A stretch of DNA of 64,000 nt from a virus (IMGVR_UViG_3300035183_001163:8637-72636); one strand, 5' to 3'. Counted from the first letter of the stretch, positions 44,534 to 57,230 are shown. Translations and numbers: made by a program. The notes: generated by a model not told the origin, from the sequence alone.

Positions 44534-45655
44534 ATGACCATGGCCGCCCCCACCGCTCACGCTGCTCCGCCTCCGCCCGCCGCTGGCGGTGCTCCGCCTC
44601 CGGCCGCGCCGCCCGCTCCCGGAGCCGCGACGGGCGCCGGGCCGGTGGCCGCGCTCCAGCAGGCCGCGACCAAGCTCCAGGCCCTCATCCAGGCCGCGAC
44701 CGCGAACGGCGGCGCGCTCCCGCCGACGGCCGCGACGGAGGTGCCCGCCATCATCGCCGCGCTCCAGGGCGCGGTCCCCGCTGGCGCCGGCGCTCCGGCG
44801 CCCGCTGCTCCGCCGGCCGGCGCCGCTCCGGGCGGCCCGCTGAAGCCGCCCCCGCCGGGCGTCGGCAAGGCCGAGGGCGAGGTCCAGAAGATGGAGCTGG
44901 ACGAGTTCACCGCCATCAAGGTGACGCTCGACGCCGCGCGCGAGCGGCTCTGGGGCGTGTCCGACGCGCTCCGCGAGGGTGACACCGACAAGGCCAAGAC
45001 GGAGCTGAAGGGCGTCGTGTCGATGCTCTCCGGCCTCAAGGGAGACGCGATGAAGAGCACGGAAGTGAAGATGGACAAGGCGCTCTTCGCGTCCTGGACG
45101 GCCTCCCAGTTCGAGGCCATCAAGGCGGACGACGAGGAGACGGCGAAGGCTCGCCTCGCGTGCGTCAAGCGCGTGACCGCCATCGCGAAGGCGTCGTGGG
45201 AGGCCCAGAAGGAGGGCACCGCGCCGTTCACCGTCGAGATGGAGGCTGCGTTCGCGCCGCTCCCGGAGAAGACGATGGGCGACCTCACCGCGACGAAGGA
45301 CCAGAGCGAGAAGGAGACCCCCGCGGCCAAGGACAAGGTCGACGGCCAGGGCTCCTTCGCGCAGAACCTCGGCGAGGTCATCAAGGACGTCCAGTCGGCG
45401 CTCTCGCTGACCGAGCAGCCCGGCCCGAACGCCGCGAACATGGCGTTCAGCAACCCGCCGGCTCCCGCGAAGGACCCGACGGCGAAGAGCGACACGACCA
45501 AGACGGAGAAGGCCGACCCCAACGCGCCCTTCGTCTGGCCGATGGACATGAACGACCCCGAGCCCGGCCTCCCGTTCGAGGAGAAGGCCGAGCCGGCGAA
45601 GCGCCCCGCGGACGCCGACGACGGCTGGGGGCGCGACCCCTGGGCGACGAAGTGA
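44534..45655 (+). CDS. Pro/Ala-rich head-assembly (scaffold-like) protein
   Basis: RBS AGGAG; low complexity; C-terminal WPMDMNDP shared with the scaffold. Confidence 0.6.
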   Translation: MTMAAPTAHAAPPPPAAGGAPPPAAPPAPGAATGAGPVAALQQAATKLQALIQAATANGGALPPTAATEVPAIIAALQGAVPAGAGAPAPAAPPAGAAPGGPLKPPPPGVGKAEGEVQKMELDEFTAIKVTLDAARERLWGVSDALREGDTDKAKTELKGVVSMLSGLKGDAMKSTEVKMDKALFASWTASQFEAIKADDEETAKARLACVKRVTAIAKASWEAQKEGTAPFTVEMEAAFAPLPEKTMGDLTATKDQSEKETPAAKDKVDGQGSFAQNLGEVIKDVQSALSLTEQPGPNAANMAFSNPPAPAKDPTAKSDTTKTEKADPNAPFVWPMDMNDPEPGLPFEEKAEPAKRPADADDGWGRDPWATK

Positions 45656-45682
45656 CGTGACCCCGAGCCGAGGAGCTTCCCG

Positions 45683-47263
45683 ATGACGACGAAGCGCACG
45701 AAGACGAAGAAGGCCGCCGCGGGCACGACCACGTCGCCCGCGACGAAGCCGTCCACCCTCGTCCCGGCTCCCTACTCCGGCTTCGCGCCGGAGGCGGGGA
45801 CGAAGCCGTGCGGCCCGCTCGTCGCGTCGAAGCTCCTCGGCAACGAGGTCTGGGAATTCGACCTCACCGGCATCCCGAAGGGGCTCGCGAAGACGCTGCC
45901 CATCGCGGTGTCGCTCGGCACGCGCGCCTACCCGGTGCGCCAGACGGAGCGCCTCCACACGGAGAAGTTCCAGGCGACGGTCACGCCGGGCATCGCCACC
46001 GCCGACTTCCGTGAGTTCTTCCTCGCGAAGGGCTCCGAATGTAACGGCACCCTCCAGCTCAAGCGGCGCGCCGACGGCTGGGTGGCCTCGATGGCCAAGA
46101 GCCTCGTGCCCTACGTGCTCACGAAGCAGGCCGTGGACGCCGGCGTCATGCCGCCCGAGGGCTGCTCCGCGCTCCCGCCGTCGCTGGAAGCCGTCGTCCC
46201 CTACGCGCTCCGATACTGGACGCTCAAGGGCGACGACGCGCGCCGCGTCCGGGACGCGCTCGTCTCCATGGAGCTGTTCGCGGAGCCGCTCGTGAAGATG
46301 GTCGACGGTGAGCACCGCCTCTGCGTGTCGAAGCTGTACCTGTACGAGCCGACCGAGGAGGAGCTGGCCAAGACGGAATTCGGGCTCCCCGACCCCGGGC
46401 CGACGTTCCCGGGCTACGCGTTCAAGTGCGAGCGGTGCGACGAGCCCGCGAGCCGCGCGCTGGAGCTGCTCGCCGACGCGGTCACGAAGCGCGTCGAGCG
46501 CGAGCTGGTCTGCGGCGACTGCGCGACGAAGGCGCTCGTGTCCGCCGACGAGCCTCTCCCCGTCGTGAAGGCGACGAGCGTGGAGGAAGCGTTCGCGGCG
46601 AACGAGGACAGCATCATCGGCCGGACGGTCACCGTCACCGCCGACACCGGGGAGAGCGCGGTCGGCAAGGTCCTCGCGGAGGCGATGGGCAACGCGCTCG
46701 TCCTCTTCGAGGATGGCGAGCGCCGGATGGTCGCGCGCCACCGCTGCTCCGACCCGCGCGACACCGCGACGAAGGGGCTCCTGCCCGTCTCGCTCCGCGG
46801 CATCCCGACGGAGAAGGCCGAGAAGCCCGCCGACCCGCTCCAGAAGTTCCTCGGGCGCACCGTCCGCTTCGCGAAGGCGAAGGCCGGCGACGAGAAGGCG
46901 ACGACGGAGGAGCGCTTCGTCTACGGCATCGTCCTGGAGCCCGAGACGGTGGACGCCCAGCAGGACATCTACTCCGCGGACGAGATTCGGAATGCCGCTC
47001 ACGCGTTCATGGAGAAATTCCGGACGATGGGCTTCATGCACAAGGGCGCCATCAACGACAAGGTGAAGATTCTGGAGTCCTTCATCGCACCCGTCGACTT
47101 CGAGGTGGACGGCGCGCCGGTCAAGAAGGGCACGTGGGTCATGGCCGTGAAGGTCGTGGACGACGAGCTTTGGACCGCGGTGAAGGGCGGCGACATCACC
47201 GGATTCTCTATCGGGGGCTCCGCCATTCGGAAACCCGATACCGGAGCCACGCAGGCGGCTTGA
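45683..47263 (+). CDS. XkdF-like prohead serine protease with long N-terminal extension
   Basis: EERFVYGIVLEPETVDAQ.D…FMH…GTWV…LW.AVK.G.ITGFSIGG. Confidence 0.85.
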   Translation: MTTKRTKTKKAAAGTTTSPATKPSTLVPAPYSGFAPEAGTKPCGPLVASKLLGNEVWEFDLTGIPKGLAKTLPIAVSLGTRAYPVRQTERLHTEKFQATVTPGIATADFREFFLAKGSECNGTLQLKRRADGWVASMAKSLVPYVLTKQAVDAGVMPPEGCSALPPSLEAVVPYALRYWTLKGDDARRVRDALVSMELFAEPLVKMVDGEHRLCVSKLYLYEPTEEELAKTEFGLPDPGPTFPGYAFKCERCDEPASRALELLADAVTKRVERELVCGDCATKALVSADEPLPVVKATSVEEAFAANEDSIIGRTVTVTADTGESAVGKVLAEAMGNALVLFEDGERRMVARHRCSDPRDTATKGLLPVSLRGIPTEKAEKPADPLQKFLGRTVRFAKAKAGDEKATTEERFVYGIVLEPETVDAQQDIYSADEIRNAAHAFMEKFRTMGFMHKGAINDKVKILESFIAPVDFEVDGAPVKKGTWVMAVKVVDDELWTAVKGGDITGFSIGGSAIRKPDTGATQAA

Positions 47264-47303
47264 CGAGATAGGCTGTTCCGTAACACACTGGAGCCCGTAA
47301 ACC

Positions 47304-48311
47304 GTGAGCGACGCGAAGCAGGACCCGAAGCAGGTACACCGCCTCACCGACATGACGGTGGAGGAGGTATCGGTCGTGGACCGCGCCGCGAATCGCCGCA
47401 AGTTCCTCTTGGTCAAGCGCGAGGGTGATATGGCAATCGGCTCCGAGGTCGTGCAGAACGCGGATGGCAGCTTCACGACCAAGCCGGCGGCCGCCGCTCC
47501 CGCGAGCGGTGCTCCGGCGGCGACGGAGACGACCGCGCCCGACGCGACCACGAAGACAGCGGCGAAGATGCCGGCCGAGGCCGCGACGACCTTCCAGGAG
47601 GTCGTGGACGGCGCGCTCGACGGTCTGACGAAGGCGAAGAGCCTCCTCACGTCCGGCGGCGAGACGGAGAGCATCATCGACCAGCTCGTGACGACCGCGG
47701 ACGACATCGCGGACGCCGTCCTCGCGTTCCTCGGCATCGAGGACCCGGGCAACAACAACGGCGTCGTCCCCGCGACGGAGCCGGCGGCGCCCGCGGGCAT
47801 GGGCAAGCGCCTCGAAGTGCGCCGCGCGAAGCGCATCGTGGCGAAGGCCGAGGGCGAGAAGGCCGGCCACGCGCTCGTCCAGAAGGTCGGCGCGAAGATG
47901 GCGAAGGACCGCCTCGACCGGCTTCAGGCCGCGTACGCGGCGCTGGGCGACATCCTCGCCGAGGTCCTCCCGAAGGTCGTCGACGACACGCAGAAGGCGA
48001 AGGGTGCTCCCTCCGCCGGCGTCGCGGAGCAGGGCGCGGGCGAGAAGCCGGCCACCCAGCCTACCGTCCCCGAAAAGAAGGGGACCAAGAAGAGCGTGGA
48101 GCTTCCCGCCGAGGTCCAGAAGGCCCTCGACGACGCGGCGAAGACCATCAAGAAGCAGGCGGAGCAGCTCGGGGCGCTCCGCAACGCGACCCAGGCGTCC
48201 AACGGCGCGCAGGTCGACGTGCAGAAGTCTCGCGGCGAGGAAGTCTCCTGGCCGCTCGACATGAACGAACCCGTCACCGCAGAGACCGCAGGAAAGGAAT
48301 TCTTCGGCTGA
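47304..48311 (+). CDS. scaffold protein carrying the protease EVSxVDxxAN strand
   Basis: N-terminal RLTDMTVEEVSVVDRAANRRKFLLVK; helical Ala/Lys-rich body; directly upstream of the capsid gene. Confidence 0.7.
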   Translation: MSDAKQDPKQVHRLTDMTVEEVSVVDRAANRRKFLLVKREGDMAIGSEVVQNADGSFTTKPAAAAPASGAPAATETTAPDATTKTAAKMPAEAATTFQEVVDGALDGLTKAKSLLTSGGETESIIDQLVTTADDIADAVLAFLGIEDPGNNNGVVPATEPAAPAGMGKRLEVRRAKRIVAKAEGEKAGHALVQKVGAKMAKDRLDRLQAAYAALGDILAEVLPKVVDDTQKAKGAPSAGVAEQGAGEKPATQPTVPEKKGTKKSVELPAEVQKALDDAAKTIKKQAEQLGALRNATQASNGAQVDVQKSRGEEVSWPLDMNEPVTAETAGKEFFG

Positions 48312-48344
48312 CCGGGCCACGGCGGCGAAGACAGGAGAACCACC

Positions 48345-49292
48345 ATGACCATGGCAGCCCCCGTCACGGACAACCGCAGCATCCTCGCGAAGGCCGACAT
48401 GGCGCTCGCGGACCTCACGACCTCCGGCGGCCTCCTCCAGCCCGCCCAGGCGGCGAAGTTCATGCGCATCATGATCAAGTCGTCGCGCGTGCTCGGCATG
48501 AGCACGGTCGTCCCGATGCGCAGCCCCAAGCAGCTCATCGAGAAAATCAAGTTCGGCTCGCGCATCCTCCGCGCGGGCACGGAGGCGACGGCTCTCGCCG
48601 CGGGTGACCGCGCCAAGCCCGACCTCTCGAAGGTCGAGCTGAACGCGCAGCTCTTCAAGGCCGAGGTCCGCCTGGACAACGAGGTCCTGGAGGACAACAT
48701 CGAGCGCGCGGAGCTGCGCCAGACCATCATGCAGATGATGGCCGAGCGCATCGCCCTCGACACCGAGGAGGTCGTCGTCAACGGCGACACGACGAGCGCG
48801 GACCCGTTCCTCGCGAAGTTCGACGGCATCATCAAGCAGGCGACGAGCCACGTCGTCGCGGCCGGCGGCGCCATCTCCACGACGGTCCTCCGGAACATGC
48901 TTCGCGCGATGCCGAGCGAGTTCCTCCGCGACAAGCGCGCGCTCAAGTTTCTCACGTCCGTCAACGCGGAAATCAAGTGGCGCGACGCGCTCACGAGCCG
49001 CCAGACGGTCGGGGGCGACAAGTACATCGAGCAGGACGTGCCGTCGATGTACAACGGCATCGGCATCGTCGACGTCCCGCTGTTCCCCGAGAACCTCGGT
49101 GGCGCGGACACGACGAACATCATCCTCACGGACCCGAAGAACGTGAACATCGGCATCTGGCGGAACATCCGCGTCGAGACGGACAAGCTCGTCTCCGAGG
49201 GCGTTCTCATCATCGTCGCGACCCTGCGCATGGACTGCAAGTACGCGCACGAGGACGCGGTCGTGAAGGCCACGGGCGTCACCACGGTCTGA
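48345..49292 (+). CDS. major capsid protein (HK97 fold, XkdG-like)
   Basis: [22 protein letters not shown]…DG; position; strong RBS. Confidence 0.9.
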   Translation: MTMAAPVTDNRSILAKADMALADLTTSGGLLQPAQAAKFMRIMIKSSRVLGMSTVVPMRSPKQLIEKIKFGSRILRAGTEATALAAGDRAKPDLSKVELNAQLFKAEVRLDNEVLEDNIERAELRQTIMQMMAERIALDTEEVVVNGDTTSADPFLAKFDGIIKQATSHVVAAGGAISTTVLRNMLRAMPSEFLRDKRALKFLTSVNAEIKWRDALTSRQTVGGDKYIEQDVPSMYNGIGIVDVPLFPENLGGADTTNIILTDPKNVNIGIWRNIRVETDKLVSEGVLIIVATLRMDCKYAHEDAVVKATGVTTV

Positions 49293-49340
49293 CCTCCGGT
49301 CTGACCTCAACCTCGAACCGGAAGAAAGCGAGAACAGACC

Positions 49341-49655
49341 ATGGCACTCGGAAACCTCACCATCGTGGAGCGCGTCGACGCCGTCGGCCCCGTCTTCCAC
49401 TTCCGCTGCACCCTCGTCGGGGACGGCGCGTACCCCGCGGGCGGCTCGACGGGCCTCCTCGCGAAGCTGCGCGCCGCGACGGGGATGCCGAACCTCAACA
49501 TCATCTCCGTCAAGGACGAGGGCATCCTGGCGGATGCGGCGGAGTACGACCACGCCAACGAAAAGCTCTTCATCCGCGTCAAGGCGACCGGCGTGGAGAG
49601 CGCGGTGGCGAACCAGTCCGGCGTCACGTACGGGCTGTACATCGTCGCGAGCTGA
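49341..49655 (+). CDS. putative head decoration protein
   Basis: small beta-rich gene right after the capsid gene; GDGAYPAGG. Confidence 0.55.
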   Translation: MALGNLTIVERVDAVGPVFHFRCTLVGDGAYPAGGSTGLLAKLRAATGMPNLNIISVKDEGILADAAEYDHANEKLFIRVKATGVESAVANQSGVTYGLYIVAS

Positions 49656-49700
49656 ACGGCGCACGAGAGGCTTCCTAGTCTCTCAGTTCTGTCGTAGTGT

Positions 49701-49746
49701 ACGGGGCGACTCCGCTGTCACGCGCGGGGCGCCCCGTTTCGCTTTT
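49701..49746 (+). terminator. intrinsic terminator-like hairpin with GUCACG loop (copy A)
   Basis: ACGGGGCG…CGCCCCGT followed by TTCGCTTTT. Confidence 0.65.
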
Positions 49747-49762
49747 CCCCAGGAGACCACCC

Positions 49763-50350
49763 ATGGCCAAGACCCCCGACACGCTGCTCGTCCGCCTCAA
49801 GCCCTTCAACCCGCGCCGCGGCTACGTCATGAAGACGTACGTGGACGGCCAGACGGGCGCCGTGTTCAAGGAGGACCGCGGCTGGTACGAAGTGGACGCC
49901 GCGTACGGCGAGAGGCTGCGCGAGGTCCGGAGCGAGCCGCTCAACGAGGAGAGCCCGCCGGCTTTCGACGTCTGCACGAAGGCCGAAGCCATCGAGCTGG
50001 AGCGCCGCCAGAAGCAGGCGGCCGCGGAGCGCGCGACCGCGCTCGACCCGCGCTCCGTCGAGGGCGCGAGCCGCGACCACCTCGGCGGCCGTGTTCCGCG
50101 TCAGCGCGATGCGAAGACGAACGCCATCACGACCGCGGACCTGCCGGAGAACCAGCCGCCGCTCCGCGGCCCGCTGCTCGACGAACCCGCCGACGAGAGC
50201 GACCTGGACTCCGAGGACCTCGCCGCCGACGTCGCGGCGTCCGCTCCGGTCCCCGGCACGCCCGACGCGCCGGCGAGCAACCCGCCGAAGACGAAGCCGC
50301 GCAACCGCACGAACAAGCCGCCGACTGTCCCCGGCGCTCCCGACGCGTGA
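49763..50350 (+). CDS. hypothetical head-region protein
   Basis: RBS AGGAG, ATG 49763. Confidence 0.65.
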   Translation: MAKTPDTLLVRLKPFNPRRGYVMKTYVDGQTGAVFKEDRGWYEVDAAYGERLREVRSEPLNEESPPAFDVCTKAEAIELERRQKQAAAERATALDPRSVEGASRDHLGGRVPRQRDAKTNAITTADLPENQPPLRGPLLDEPADESDLDSEDLAADVAASAPVPGTPDAPASNPPKTKPRNRTNKPPTVPGAPDA

Positions 50351-50712
50351 GCGGCTCCCCGCGCCTCCCCGTGGAGCTGACCGTCTCCGAGGTCGCGGCG
50401 CTCGCCCGGCTTCGGAGCGCGGTCGCGGAGGACTACGCGCTCCGGCTCCCCCACGCCCTCCGTCAGAGCCTCGCCGCGCGCGGGGCCGACGGGACGCTGC
50501 GTCAACGGGTGCGCGAGCTGCTCAAGACGACCGAGGCCGACGGGCTCACCGGAGAGGACCAGCTCGTCGCGGTCGTCGGGCTCGCGCTGCTCGACGAGGC
50601 GGAGCAGGTCGCGACCGCGCTCCGGGACGAGGCGAAGAACCAGCGCGGGCTCGCGCGCTCCGCCGACGACGCGGCCATCATGGTCGGCGCGGCGGGGCCG
50701 AACCCCGGCTAG
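50347..50712 (+). CDS. hypothetical protein
   Basis: GTGA overlap. Confidence 0.5.
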   Translation: MSGSPRLPVELTVSEVAALARLRSAVAEDYALRLPHALRQSLAARGADGTLRQRVRELLKTTEADGLTGEDQLVAVVGLALLDEAEQVATALRDEAKNQRGLARSADDAAIMVGAAGPNPG

Positions 50713-50745
50713 GACAACGCGCGCGCGGCGTGCGATACTGCCGCC

Positions 50746-51825
50746 ATGCGAACGCTCGCGACCGGACAGGCGCTCGTCGTCGGCAACCAGCAGCTCGTGT
50801 TCCACCACGCGCTGAACGGCCACCTCGTCGACCCGGTGGACCTCGCGTTCCAGGTCTTCCGCACCGCCACCGAGGAGGAGCAGCTCGCCCCGGTGCAGGT
50901 CTTCCCTGCGCTCGCGGGGACGGAGATGCCGGTGAACCTCGTGACCGACAAGCTCGGCACGGGGCGCTTCTCCGCCGTCGGCTGGACGCCGGCCGACAAG
51001 GGCTCCCACTTCATCCGGTGGTACTGGACGAGCGAGGCCGGCGGCGTCGAGCAGCACGTGGACGTCCCCTTCGACGTCCAGGGCTTCGCCATCGACCCGT
51101 CGGTGCCGTTCTACGCGTCGGTGAGCATGGCGCGCGAAGCCGGCGTGGCCGCCTGCGACGCGAGCGACGCGCGCGTGGTCGCCGCGCTCCGCCGCGCCAG
51201 CCAGTTCATCGACTCCATCACGGGCCGCTTTTTCGAGCCCCGCTACATCAGCTCCTTCTACGACGGGCGGGGCTCCACCGCGCTGCTCTTCACGCACCCC
51301 ATCATCGCCGTCGACGAGGTGAAGGTGACGACGCGGCCGGTGCGCCCGAGCGACCAGGCCATCGACAAGGAATTCCTCCGTGTCTACAACCGCCACCTCT
51401 CGGGGATGACGAGCCCCGACGACCGGAACAACCCCCGCGTGGAGCTGTTCTCGATGACCGAGGACTGGATTGGCGTCCGGCCGTTCAGCTTCTCGCGCCT
51501 CGTCTTCCCGAAGGCCCAGCAAAACGTCTCCGTCAGCGGCGTCTTCGGCTACACCGACCCCGACGGCTCGCCCTTCGGGCGCACGCCGCACGACATCGAA
51601 CACGTCGCGCTGCTCCTGATGCTGCGGAACATCCCCGGGCTGCTCTCGCAGGAGCGCCAGGACGCGATTCTCCAGGGCCGGCTCAAGAGCGAGAGCACGC
51701 GGGACCAGTCGTACGAGCTGCTCACCGCGAAGGACCTCGGGCTCGCGGCGAACATCACCGGCGACCCCGAGATTGACCAGGTCCTCGCGCGGTACATGCG
51801 GCCGCCGACGTTCGGGAGCGCGTGA
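50746..51825 (+). CDS. head-tail adaptor protein
   Basis: YAS…AS.FID.ITGRFF, FP…NV.V.G.FGY, P.DI, TGDPEID..L.RY. Confidence 0.75.
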   Translation: MRTLATGQALVVGNQQLVFHHALNGHLVDPVDLAFQVFRTATEEEQLAPVQVFPALAGTEMPVNLVTDKLGTGRFSAVGWTPADKGSHFIRWYWTSEAGGVEQHVDVPFDVQGFAIDPSVPFYASVSMAREAGVAACDASDARVVAALRRASQFIDSITGRFFEPRYISSFYDGRGSTALLFTHPIIAVDEVKVTTRPVRPSDQAIDKEFLRVYNRHLSGMTSPDDRNNPRVELFSMTEDWIGVRPFSFSRLVFPKAQQNVSVSGVFGYTDPDGSPFGRTPHDIEHVALLLMLRNIPGLLSQERQDAILQGRLKSESTRDQSYELLTAKDLGLAANITGDPEIDQVLARYMRPPTFGSA

Positions 51826-52331
51826 TGGGCTACCGCGGCCGCCTCATCCAGCCGTTCCTTGCGGACATCCGCCGTCTCGACACGGAGGCGACGGCCGCGG
51901 CGAAGAGCGGCGCGGGCTACGACACCGACTTCAAGGAGCCCGCGCGGCTCCCTCCGTCGAGCGGCGAGGGCGCGGGCGCGTCGGCGCGGCGAGAGAAGGG
52001 TGAGCTGTTGCTCCCTTGCCAGGTCGAGATGGGCTCCGCGGAGAAGCTGCGCCAGTTCTTCTCCGGCGCGAACCCGTCGAGCGACCTCGTCCTGGTGCTC
52101 CACTTCCGCGACCTGGAGCGCTCGGGCCTCGTCGACGCCGACGGGAACGCGACGCTGCGCGTGGGGGACCGGCTGCATTCCATTCGCGATTCGCGAACCA
52201 AGAACGTGGTCTGGACGCCGCGCGAGGAGCTGTACTGCGTCGAGGTGCAGCCCAACGCGTTCGGCATCGGGCGCGGCCGCAACCTGCTCTTCCTGTTCTT
52301 CCAGTACCGCGACAACGCGGCCTCGGGGTGA
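51825..52331 (+). CDS. putative head closure (stopper) protein
   Basis: position; GYD.DFKEP, LRVGDRL. Confidence 0.55.
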   Translation: MGYRGRLIQPFLADIRRLDTEATAAAKSGAGYDTDFKEPARLPPSSGEGAGASARREKGELLLPCQVEMGSAEKLRQFFSGANPSSDLVLVLHFRDLERSGLVDADGNATLRVGDRLHSIRDSRTKNVVWTPREELYCVEVQPNAFGIGRGRNLLFLFFQYRDNAASG

Positions 52332-52334
52332 GCC

Positions 52335-53042
52335 GTGGCCGGGCAACGGGGAGCCGGCGGCCGCTTCGTTGGCGGCGGAGGCGGTGGGGGTGGCGCGAAA
52401 CCGAAGCTCAGCACCAAGTTTGACCTCATCGGTGACTGGGAGAAGGCGCTACGGGTCACGCGCTCGCTCTCGCTCGACACCGCCATCAACCGCGCGGTGA
52501 AGCAGGAGGCCGCGCTCGCCGTCCGCATCATCAAGCAGAATCTCCAGCGCGGCGGCGCGCCGGCCGGTGCTCCGTTCGCGGCGCTGTCGCTGTGGACCGT
52601 CGCGTCGCGCCGACTCGCCAAGCCGCCCATCCGCGGGTCGAAGCCGCTCATGGCGCGCGCCGACCTCTACGACGCCATCACGTACGTCGTGATGGAGGAC
52701 AATAAGCGCGAGACGACGGCCTTCGTCGGGGTGCTGAAGCAGGCGAAGAGCAGCTCCCCCGGCGGCGCGCCGCTCGTGAACATCGGCATGGTCCAGGAAT
52801 TCGGTAAGACCATCGTGGTGCGCATCACGCCCAAGATGCAACGCTTCCTGGGCGTGCTCGCCAAGCAGCTCGGGAAGGGGCCGAAGCCCGGCGGCAGCAA
52901 GGGCGGCAAGCGCTTCCTCGTCATCCGCATCCCGCCGCGCCCGTTCATCCGACCGGCGTACGACGTCTGGGTGAAGGACGCCCAGCAGCGCATGGCGAAG
53001 CGCATCGCGATGCTGACGGGCGGGAAGCTCGGCACGCCCTAG
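52335..53042 (+). CDS. neck/virion morphogenesis protein (HK97 gp10/Mu gpG-like)
   Basis: KPL…QEFG…IPPRPFIRPA. Confidence 0.7.
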   Translation: MAGQRGAGGRFVGGGGGGGGAKPKLSTKFDLIGDWEKALRVTRSLSLDTAINRAVKQEAALAVRIIKQNLQRGGAPAGAPFAALSLWTVASRRLAKPPIRGSKPLMARADLYDAITYVVMEDNKRETTAFVGVLKQAKSSSPGGAPLVNIGMVQEFGKTIVVRITPKMQRFLGVLAKQLGKGPKPGGSKGGKRFLVIRIPPRPFIRPAYDVWVKDAQQRMAKRIAMLTGGKLGTP

Positions 53043-53063
53043 TTCTCGTGTTAGGCTGCGCTC

Positions 53064-54143
53064 GTGGCGGTCCCCACCATCTCGTCGCTCTCCCCGACGT
53101 CGGGCGTGACCGGCGGCCGCTTTCTCGTCGTCGTCCAGGGGTCCAACTTCCAGCTCCCCGCCGCGCCGCCGGCGACCGGCCCCGCTCCGAAGCCCCCGGC
53201 GAGCGTTCGCGCGTGGCTCGTCGCCGCGGGCGGCGCGCTCACCGAGGTCGAGCGCGTCGACGTCGTCTCCGCGACCCAGCTCCACGTGCTCGTCCCGTCG
53301 CACGACCCGGGCGTGGTGGGCCTCCGCGTCGACAACGTCGACGCCGGCGGCGCGACCATCCCCGGCGAGACGGTCACGCTGCCCGCCGCGCTCACGCTTC
53401 GGCGCCCGATGCTCTCCGGCGAGAGCCTCAGCGCGGAGCGCATCCTCGCTCGCGTCGTCCGAACGTTGCTCCGCGCGCTCAAGCGCGAGGTCATGGAGAA
53501 CGTCTCCGTGACCGTGCACACCGACTTCGACGCGACGCCTGCGGATGGGTTGAACACCATCGAGATTGCGGAGCTGCCGTCGCTCGTCCTCGTCGGCCCG
53601 CAGCTCACGCTCAACCGCTTCTACAGCTCCAACGTGCCGCGCCAGGTCACCGTCCCCGGCGGCTTCGCGACGCTGCGGCCGGCGCGGTGTGTCGACGTCG
53701 GCTTCAACCTGCTCGGGGCGTCGGAGAGCGTCATCGAGCTGCTCAACATCGAGCAGGAGGTGGCGGCGTTTTTCGAGCGCAACCCCTACCTGTACGTACA
53801 GCGGGACCCCGCCGACGCGAGCGCGGGGCGCGTCCGGTACGAGCTGGCCCTCACGAGCGACCCCCAGACGGGCAACACGCCGAACGAATCGAACGTGCGG
53901 CAGTTCTCCGGCGCCATCGTCGTCCGCGGTGTCGACCTCGACGACCCTGACATGGTCGTGCGCCGGACGGCTCCCATCGAGGAGGTCGTGCTGACCCCGG
54001 GAACGGCTACGCCGGGCACCGGAGCTGGTGGCGATGTGCTCGTGGGTGATGGTACAACGGACCCTGTCACGGGCGGGCCGCTCCCCTGGCCGGTGTATCT
54101 CTCGCCGGGCATCTACCAGCTCGCTCTCGCCGAGGAGGCATAG
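53064..54143 (+). CDS. IPT/TIG domain + tail terminator-like protein
   Basis: PTISSLSPTSG…GG..V.V.GSNF (IPT); ELPSLVL.GP C-terminal domain; upstream of sheath. Confidence 0.6.
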   Translation: MAVPTISSLSPTSGVTGGRFLVVVQGSNFQLPAAPPATGPAPKPPASVRAWLVAAGGALTEVERVDVVSATQLHVLVPSHDPGVVGLRVDNVDAGGATIPGETVTLPAALTLRRPMLSGESLSAERILARVVRTLLRALKREVMENVSVTVHTDFDATPADGLNTIEIAELPSLVLVGPQLTLNRFYSSNVPRQVTVPGGFATLRPARCVDVGFNLLGASESVIELLNIEQEVAAFFERNPYLYVQRDPADASAGRVRYELALTSDPQTGNTPNESNVRQFSGAIVVRGVDLDDPDMVVRRTAPIEEVVLTPGTATPGTGAGGDVLVGDGTTDPVTGGPLPWPVYLSPGIYQLALAEEA

Positions 54144-54146
54144 GCC

Positions 54147-54434
54147 ATGTCGCTCACCGTCAAGAACAAGTCGCGCACCCTCTTCACGCTCAACCTGCCC
54201 GCCGGCCTCGACTACGAGGAGCGGCCGGACTGCGCGCCGAAGGAGGCGACGTACGCGCTCCTGGCGACGACGCCGGATGGCGACGTCGGCGTGAAGGAGG
54301 TCGTGAAGACGCTCCCCGCCGCGCTGACGTGGCTCGCCGGCGAGACGAAGGTGAAGCTGCCCGTCGCGCTCGGGCTCATCCCCGAGTTCAAGCGAGCATG
54401 TGACGCTGGCATCTTGGTTGTGGTACAGTCCTGA
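54147..54434 (+). CDS. small hypothetical tail-region protein
   Basis: RBS GAGGAGG; precedes sheath. Confidence 0.6.
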   Translation: MSLTVKNKSRTLFTLNLPAGLDYEERPDCAPKEATYALLATTPDGDVGVKEVVKTLPAALTWLAGETKVKLPVALGLIPEFKRACDAGILVVVQS

Positions 54435-54484
54435 CCGCAACCTACGACCAATAGGGACTCTCTCACCGCCCCGAGGAACCGAAC

Positions 54485-56728
<2,244 letters not shown>

Positions 56729-56765
56729 CCGCGGCTCTGACCTCTAGCACCTGACGGAGAAGACC

Positions 56766-57230
<465 letters not shown>

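Noticed and set aside
47261-47304. Stop-codon read-through joining protease and scaffold
   Set aside because: The two ORFs are in different frames and no slippery site is evident.
49286-49308. Direct repeat GGTCTGACCTC x2 at the capsid stop (CTGACCTC also after the sheath gene)
   Set aside because: Too short and too few copies to distinguish from chance or a local duplication.
1550-53042. Several genes ending in Pro-TAG (queE, speD, 16278, BppU-like, 52335) as further recoding sites
   Set aside because: They use CCG/CCC rather than CCA, end at natural C-termini, and have no start-less downstream frame needing a shift.
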